The position numbers and the translations under genes are program-made. The notes beneath the pieces are model-generated. The model was not told the DNA's origin and ran no database searches. It saw only the letters and a list, made by a program, of their open reading frames with translations. This document shows positions 60,440-64,000 of a DNA stretch of 64,000 bases, piece by piece. This DNA is from Candidatus Pacearchaeota archaeon (GTDB lineage: Archaea; Nanobdellota; Nanobdellia; Pacearchaeales; GW2011-AR1), in NCBI GenBank assembly GCA_050303855.1, contig JBNLCO010000010.1, positions 124,093-188,092 of the forward strand. The letters run 5' to 3'. The first letter of the stretch is position 1. Each line of letters begins with the position of its first letter.

Positions 60440-60459
60440 GAAACCTCCAGAGAGGTTTC
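60440..60459 (-). terminator. perfect 8-bp stem / 4-nt loop hairpin followed by T6 on the minus strand (intrinsic-terminator-like)
   Basis: The minus strand reads GAAACCTC-TCTG-GAGGTTTC-TTTTTTATT, starting 19 nt after the stop of the 60479-61207 gene. Confidence 0.6.
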
Positions 60460-60478
60460 ATAAAAATTGCTTAAGAAA

Positions 60479-61207
60479 TTATTCTTTCTTAACAAAAATT
60501 CGAGAATAATTATTTATTCCAAGAAGCAATTGGTTTGAACAAATATAAACCAAATTTGTGACTATTTGACATCTAAAAGCCCCGTTTATGGAATTAGAGG
60601 GGTGCATTAAACTGATCTTATGATCTCCGTTTCCTTGTGTGGGCACCCCATATTCATCAATATCTCCATAATAACGCCACTTAGCTGAATAATCCTCAGA
60701 CCAAATAGATCTTTCTGTAAGATCGAATAACCCTTCCTTAGTTAATTCTAATCCCGGAAGATCAATTTTAAGAGGAATTTTTAATTTTCCAAAAGAATCA
60801 ATCTCTCCAAGAGATTTTTTGAATGATTTGAACTGGTTGATCAAATGGGTTGCATCTCCCTTATTTATACTCACTCCGTTAAGATAAATCCCTGCTTCAA
60901 CCAAGTGTTTTCCAAAGAATATTTTTTGGTTATTGTAACATTGATATGTTGTCAAAGGATTGTTTTTCAGACCTTCAGTATTTACCCACATATCATAAAG
61001 AACAATGAACTTTGGGTTAGCACGAATAATATCTACTTTTCCGGTTGAATAAACAATATCTTTTGTCATTAATTCGAAAACTTCTTTTCTAAGAAAAGAT
61101 CTTCCGAACCTGAGAACTTCTTTGAATATTTCAACATCTGAAAGCATTTCTCCATTCACTTTTAAACTTAATTCATGGAAAGGGTTTGATCTTAAAATAT
61201 TTTCCAT
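60479..61207 (-). CDS. hypothetical protein (242 aa)
   Basis: Clean ORF; no signal peptide; no family recognised. Confidence 0.55.
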   Translation of the reverse strand: MENILRSNPFHELSLKVNGEMLSDVEIFKEVLRFGRSFLRKEVFELMTKDIVYSTGKVDIIRANPKFIVLYDMWVNTEGLKNNPLTTYQCYNNQKIFFGKHLVEAGIYLNGVSINKGDATHLINQFKSFKKSLGEIDSFGKLKIPLKIDLPGLELTKEGLFDLTERSIWSEDYSAKWRYYGDIDEYGVPTQGNGDHKISLMHPSNSINGAFRCQIVTNLVYICSNQLLLGINNYSRIFVKKE

Positions 61208-61230
61208 AATTGTTGTTTTACATTATACAT

Positions 61231-61350
61231 TATTTTTTCTTCTTGTTGAAACCTTTCTTCCTATTATATTCCAACCTTCTTTTTATCTTCTCTGGATTTA
61301 CCTCAGAAGAATCAATAAAATCTTCTTGCAAAAATAGATTGTTTTTCATA
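61231..61350 (-). CDS. possible 39-aa basic micro-ORF (MKNNLFLQEDFIDSSEVNPEKIKRRLEYNRKKGFNKKKK)
   Basis: Found by manual reading of the 163-nt gap between two minus-strand genes. It is below the track cutoff and has no other support. Confidence 0.2.
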
Positions 61351-61370
61351 AGAACTAATTTAAATTATAA

Positions 61371-62561
61371 CTACTCTTTAATCCCTGTTATCCGGATTTT
61401 ACGGAGGTGTAGATATTCATTCTTTTCTTTTAGGAATTTATCATATTTTGCCACCACTCCTATCTTTATTATCCCTTCACTTTGATTAATTGACTTATTA
61501 AATTTTGTTAGATAATCTAAAGGGTCTTCCCAATTAAAGTCAGGGATTGGAGAAGAATAAATATCAAAAAGAAGGAAAATGTTTCCAAGACTATCTTGTC
61601 CAAATATTTCCAAATGACCTCCCTTTTTATTCCCCGCATCAAAAGATAGTTTTGTAATTGCATAACCTGACTCTGAGAACAAATCATCAAACCAAATAGT
61701 GTCCTTACACCCATATAATTTAAAGGGCCCTTCAATTTTGGAAGTCTCTTTTGGGATAAAGGTTGTATCTCCAGGGGCGAAAACAAATACAGAATCATAA
61801 ATCACAAGAGTATCTTTACTTGAAATGAAAACGCTGTCTATGCTATACACTGTGTCTTTCTGGTAAATGTAAATATACTCTATATTATAAATTGTATCAA
61901 GTTCAAAAGTAAAAATTGAATCTATACTAAAAACCGTATCTTTTTTATAGATAATAACAGAATCTATACTAAAAATAGTGTCAAAGAAATTATTTACAAC
62001 AAATACTGTATCTAACTTCGATATTATAAGTGTGTCCACATTGGAAATTATTTCTCTTATAGTATCATAAAAGAAATAAATTTTTGTCTGAACAATTGTG
62101 TCTTTTTCCACAATCCAATTAATTTTTCCACAAACTGTATCTTGAAGCAATAAAACATCTTCTTCATAAAACAAATAAATGTGGCACAAATCATTAAGGG
62201 CAACTGCCTCAAAATGAAAGTCGGGTTTTGTAACTTGGCTTGAATCGCCTTTTGGACCTTGAGGACCCCTATCTCCATTACAAGTAGTGTCTCTATATAT
62301 GAACCTGTCAACACCTTCATTATAGGTGGCATCTTCATCAAGGTTTTGATAAAGTGTTCTCACCCGGCACAATTCATCTATCTTTTTTGATTCAGAAAGA
62401 ATTGGGGGCCACTCTGGAGATCCGATATAGATTGTATCCACCCTGCCTTCTGGAGAGTTTATAGTTACATCAATAGAAACATTTGTTTCTTCCAAATAAT
62501 CTTCACAAGAGATAATTGTAAAGATTGTAATCACTATTACTAAATAGATTAAATTTCTCAT
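61371..62561 (-). CDS. putative surface lipoprotein (396 aa) with a short collagen-like tract and more than 10 degenerate D-T-[IVL]-[FYV] beta-repeat units
   Basis: N-terminus MRNLIYLVIVITIFTIISCEDYLEETN (lipobox Cys followed by acidic residues). GDRGPQGPKGDS at aa 96-107. Repeats such as KDTVFSIDS / FDTIFSIDS / KDTVYSIDS between aa 140 and 270. Confidence 0.65.
   Translation of the reverse strand: MRNLIYLVIVITIFTIISCEDYLEETNVSIDVTINSPEGRVDTIYIGSPEWPPILSESKKIDELCRVRTLYQNLDEDATYNEGVDRFIYRDTTCNGDRGPQGPKGDSSQVTKPDFHFEAVALNDLCHIYLFYEEDVLLLQDTVCGKINWIVEKDTIVQTKIYFFYDTIREIISNVDTLIISKLDTVFVVNNFFDTIFSIDSVIIYKKDTVFSIDSIFTFELDTIYNIEYIYIYQKDTVYSIDSVFISSKDTLVIYDSVFVFAPGDTTFIPKETSKIEGPFKLYGCKDTIWFDDLFSESGYAITKLSFDAGNKKGGHLEIFGQDSLGNIFLLFDIYSSPIPDFNWEDPLDYLTKFNKSINQSEGIIKIGVVAKYDKFLKEKNEYLHLRKIRITGIKE
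61752..62144 (-). repeat. degenerate intragenic tandem repeats (10-15 codon period) inside the 396-aa lipoprotein gene
   Basis: At the DNA level, for example GAATCTATACTAAAAACCGTATC and GAATCTATACTAAAAATAGTGTC lie about 45 nt apart on the + strand (61915-62000). At the protein level the motif x-D-T-[IVL]-[FYV]-S-I-D-S recurs. Confidence 0.6.
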
Positions 62562-62588
62562 AAATTTAAAGATTTAAAGGGTTATTAG

Positions 62589-63479
62589 TTAAAATTTTAT
62601 TTTTAAGCCTGCACCATATTGAGAGGTTTCTAATTCAAAAGAATTCAACAATTTGTATTGGTTTTTTATTTCTCTGAATTTTCTTCCAAATATTCCATCC
62701 AAAAGAATTATGCCGCCTGCTGTTATTAAAACTGGCTTAAAGGGGTTCATCGTTTCCTTATAGGATTCAATTTTAGTCGAAACTTCAACACCATCCAAGT
62801 TTAAGTTAATGTCTTGGTTCGTTCTTTTAATTCTATCAGGTAGAAAAAACCCTCCAATAATTAAACCTGATCCAAGAGCGGTTTCGTAGTTTAGAAAATC
62901 ATTAAATTTCCATTTCAAAGTTTCTTCAAGAGACAAGAGGGATTTTTTTGAGAGTAAATTACAAGGATATTCAAAATAATGGTACATTGAATCAATATCT
63001 CCTTTATAGTCTAAAAGAATTAATGTATCTTTTCTAGAATATTCTTCAATAACAATATACGAATCTTTTGGGCATTCTTTTTTATCAGTTTTTCCCAATT
63101 CAATAGAAGGTTCACTGTTATTACTCTCATTTCTGGAGGAATCAATCGTCACACCTTTATTTGCAGAAAAGGTTGAATTCTTCTTATGCGATCCAACCTT
63201 GGATCTGGAAGGTTTTCTATTAGTTTGTCCTTTAATTTTAGGACATGTGCAGCAACAAGTGTCTACTTTTTCTTCTAGTTTCCTTAATTTATCTGAAAGG
63301 ATAATCATTTCATCAGTTAAAGTATTCAAATTTAATTTATTTCTGAGTACTTCACTTTCGAGTGGAGATATACTTCCATTGGAGGAGCTTTTATCTTTCC
63401 AAAAAGTTCCGTACGCTACAAAACAAAGTATCGCAAAAAGCAATACAGTGTTTATGTGAGAATTTTTGATTGTTTTCAT
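62589..63479 (-). CDS. membrane-anchored hypothetical protein (296 aa) ending in ...GAGLKIKF
   Basis: N-terminal TM/signal anchor (INTVLLFAILCFVAYGTF), a coiled-coil segment, a Cys cluster DTCCCTCPK, a basic Ser-rich linker, and a C-terminal domain ending in Phe. Confidence 0.6.
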   Translation of the reverse strand: MKTIKNSHINTVLLFAILCFVAYGTFWKDKSSSNGSISPLESEVLRNKLNLNTLTDEMIILSDKLRKLEEKVDTCCCTCPKIKGQTNRKPSRSKVGSHKKNSTFSANKGVTIDSSRNESNNSEPSIELGKTDKKECPKDSYIVIEEYSRKDTLILLDYKGDIDSMYHYFEYPCNLLSKKSLLSLEETLKWKFNDFLNYETALGSGLIIGGFFLPDRIKRTNQDINLNLDGVEVSTKIESYKETMNPFKPVLITAGGIILLDGIFGRKFREIKNQYKLLNSFELETSQYGAGLKIKF

Positions 63480-63824
63480 TTTTAAAATTTTAAAGTTTTA
63501 AACTATTTTCAGATTATTTCTTGAACAAGAGGACAAATTAATATAACCTGATATTAAATTTTGGTTATTATTTTTCTTTGAATCCTTTCTTGAGAGATTT
63601 TCGATTCTAAATAAAATGATCTTTTTTCTCATTTTTCTACTATTTTTTGAGGATTGTTTTTTAAATAAACTAAAATATTATCAAACTCATGGAAGGCTCA
63701 ATACCGATATCTGGATCATCTGGAAAGTTATCTCCATAGTTATAATAGATGTCGTATTGATCCTCCTCAAAAAAATATTTTAAATTCATAATTTTATCTC
63801 CTATTTTTAATTATATCTTTTAAA

Positions 63825-64000
63825 ATTAAATTCTCTCGGCTCTTATGAACATGTCTCGGTAGGCATGTTTTTGGTTTCTAAATAGATTCCTCCAAGAACT
63901 TCTTCTCAAGATTATCTTTGCCAAAGTTTTAGACACGGCTATTGGATTCCAAAGCAAAGGAATCTCGGGAGATCTATAAATCTCTGTTTGAATTATTTTA
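63825..64000 (-). CDS. 3' end of an ORF entering from beyond the window (...IYRSPEIPLLWNPIAVSKTLAKIILRRSSWRNLFRNQKHAYRDMFIRAERI*)
   Basis: Manual minus-strand translation. It is open to the window edge with a stop at 63827-63825. No family recognised. Confidence 0.3.

Noticed and set aside
62241-62276. Collagen-like GDRGPQGPKGDS tract, considered as a bona fide collagen triple-helix domain.
   Set aside because: It has only four G-X-Y triplets, far too short for a stable collagen domain. It is kept only as a descriptive note within the repeat-lipoprotein finding.
1-64000. Search for CRISPR arrays, long direct or terminal inverted repeats, transposases, integrases and prophage hallmarks.
   Set aside because: Reading through all intergenic regions found no regularly spaced repeats or recognisable mobile-element genes. 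The only candidates are the HNH ORF (reported) and a 21-nt duplicated junction sequence (8546-8566 and 13322-13342), which is explained by similar C-terminal KESKK codons plus a Shine-Dalgarno/ATGA coupling signal.

Overview
This is an AT-rich archaeal window (about 30% GC judged by eye, not computed). It looks most like a small-genome DPANN-type archaeon. All family calls come from reading the translations for motifs; no database searches were possible.

Layout:
1. 1-2135: AMP phosphorylase (partial) and an AI-2E transporter.
2. 3172-18376: the archaeal S10/spc ribosomal-protein operon (uL3 to uL15), then SecY and a DUF106/YidC-like insertase. Five unrecognisable small ORFs sit in slots that I recall as normally uninterrupted. 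Nearly every gene junction uses the same TAA-A-ATG or ATGA form.
3. 18419-20619: prefoldin alpha, an eIF-2B-family (ribose-1,5-bisphosphate-isomerase-like) gene and a SpoIIM-like membrane protein.
4. 20650-48980: a glycan island of about 28 kb. It holds an AglH-like phosphotransferase, AglB/STT3, many glycosyltransferases, methyltransferases and a flippase. It also holds what reads as a GDP-heptose / 3,6-dideoxy / branched-sugar toolkit: GmhA, a Gmd-family dehydratase, a ColD-like His-for-Lys enzyme, an acetolactate-synthase-like ThDP enzyme and an HddC-CBS-HddA fusion.
5. 49025-51432: SecD and SecF.
6. 51444-53387: an RNA-gene patch with intron-containing tRNA-Gly(UCC), an HNH endonuclease ORF, tRNA-Arg(CCU), tRNA-Leu with an apparent AAG anticodon, and an orphan 5S rRNA.
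7. 54147-58059: a second translation/transcription cluster (RpoN, eL21, RpoF, DUF655, uS13, uS4, uS11, RpoD).
8. 58060-64000: an abrupt change to minus-strand ORFans encoding lipoproteins and secreted proteins with bacterial (Bacteroidota-like) hallmarks. This is either a host-interaction or horizontally transferred island, or a chimeric join.

Most operon-leading genes have an A/T-rich TATA-like box about 25 nt upstream of the ATG, which suggests leaderless mRNAs. No CRISPR array, transposase or integrase was seen.
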